NCBI GenBank assembly: GCA_945906015.1
Contig: CAMDQV010000001.1
Coordinates: 1-33,574 of the forward strand
Reading direction: 5' to 3'
Length of the DNA stretch: 33,574 bases
Origin: Pedobacter schmidteae
Lineage (GTDB): Bacteria > Bacteroidota > Bacteroidia > Sphingobacteriales > Sphingobacteriaceae
Shown here: positions 32,669-33,574 of the stretch, one piece after another
Layout: every line of letters begins with the position of its first letter
How positions within the stretch are numbered: the first letter of the stretch is position 1
Position numbers and translations under genes: made by a program
The notes under the pieces: generated by a model
Seen by the model: only the letters and a program-made list of their open reading frames with translations
Told to the model about the DNA's origin: nothing
The model's database searches: none

Positions 32669-32920
32669 ATGAAATTAGAAATACTAACACCTGATAAAAA
32701 GGTTTACGAAGGAGAAATAAGATCGGTAACCGTACCTGGTACGATGGGATCTATCGAAGTACTTAAAGACCATGCTCCAATTATTTCAACACTGGAAGAT
32801 GGCAAAGTTATTATCCGTAAAGACAATAGCTCTGATGAAACCATTTATATCAAAGGCGGAGTAATTGAAGTATTAAATAATTCAATTATGGTACTTGCCG
32901 AAGGAATCCAAGATTCCTGA
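32669..32920 (+). CDS. atpC: F1 ATP synthase epsilon subunit (N-terminal domain only)
   Basis: LEILTPD, VTVPGTMG, VLKDHAPIISTL, IKGG, VLAE; 83 aa. Confidence 0.96.
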   Translation: MKLEILTPDKKVYEGEIRSVTVPGTMGSIEVLKDHAPIISTLEDGKVIIRKDNSSDETIYIKGGVIEVLNNSIMVLAEGIQDS

Positions 32921-32938
32921 TCATTAAATATCATTGAG

Positions 32939-32973
32939 AGCCCTTCTGATCACTAGATTAGAAGGGCTTTTTT
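32939..32973 (+). terminator. Intrinsic terminator of atpDC
   Basis: AGCCCTTCT-GATC-acta-GATT-AGAAGGGCT followed by a T run. Confidence 0.92.
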
Positions 32974-33304
32974 GTTTATAACAAACACCATCTTTCTAGG
33001 CCAAAACCTGATTTCAGGCAGAAATGCTCATAAATATTGGAAGAGCATATTTTCTGAACCGAAAACCGAAAACCATTTTGGTCTATTTATACAATATATT
33101 ATTTAAGATTAATGGCTATATGGCATATTAAATATTGAAATTTTCATTTTTTCAGTATTTTATTCTTATTTAAAATAATTCCACTTGCTATTGATACTTA
33201 AATCATAAGCACTTAAATTGAGATTTATATAAACTGGGAAATTTAAAAGATTTAAATAATGATCTATAAGGCCTAAAATTTAATAAACCCAATAAAAATT
33301 GAAT

Positions 33305-33332
33305 GCCTTCCTCTAAAAGAAAGGCTTTTTTT
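33305..33332 (+). terminator. Terminator-like hairpin upstream of ilvD (possible attenuator)
   Basis: GCCTT-cctctaaaaga-AAGGC-TTTTTTT ending 78 nt before the ilvD ATG. Confidence 0.55.
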
Positions 33333-33410
33333 AAACAGCAATTATTGAACTACTAATAACACATCCATACATCATAAAAAGGTAAATAAATTACGATTTA
33401 TAACAGTAAG

Positions 33411-33574
33411 ATGGCACTAAACAAATACAGTAAAACAGTAACCCAAGACCCTACACAACCCGCATCACAGGCAATGCTATATGGGATAGGGCTAACTACC
33501 GAAGATCTTGCAAAAGCGCAAGTAGGAATTGTTAGTATGGGTTATGATGGTAATACCTGTAACATGCACCTGAA
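33411..33574 (+). CDS. ilvD: Dihydroxy-acid dehydratase, 5' fragment
   Basis: Not in ORF track. Reads [54 protein letters not shown]; xCNMHL is the first Fe-S Cys motif of IlvD. Confidence 0.93.
   Translation, partial: MALNKYSKTVTQDPTQPASQAMLYGIGLTTEDLAKAQVGIVSMGYDGNTCNMHL

Overview
Housekeeping region of a Bacteroidota chromosome, probably Sphingobacteriaceae (Pedobacter/Daejeonella-like; inferred from protein features, TAnnTTTG promoters and the absence of obvious Shine-Dalgarno motifs). In order: 5' end of a Tat-signal protein, tyrS, AcpH-like gene, ligA, dapA, a small Hc1/'histone H1'-like gene, an alpha-oxoamine synthase resembling cysteate acyltransferase (SulA/CapB), the Bacteroidota dcw cluster on the minus strand (mraZ-rsmH-ftsL-ftsI-murE-mraY-murD-ftsW-murG-murC-ftsQ-ftsA-ftsZ), an NTF2-like gene, gap-GNAT-pgk, obgE, adk, tRNA-Arg(ACG), peroxiredoxin, RmlD-like SDR, atpD-atpC and the start of ilvD. 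I see no mobile element, CRISPR array or defence system, and no clearly new multi-gene system. The unexplained signals are non-coding: (1) DnaA-box-like 9-mers clustered between ftsA and ftsZ, also present at the mraZ promoter and upstream of the Hc1-like gene; (2) degenerate 7-nt tandem repeats in four intergenic spacers, with the same unit abutting the start codons of the partner genes ftsI and ftsW. All protein calls come from motif recognition and recall, not database searches.
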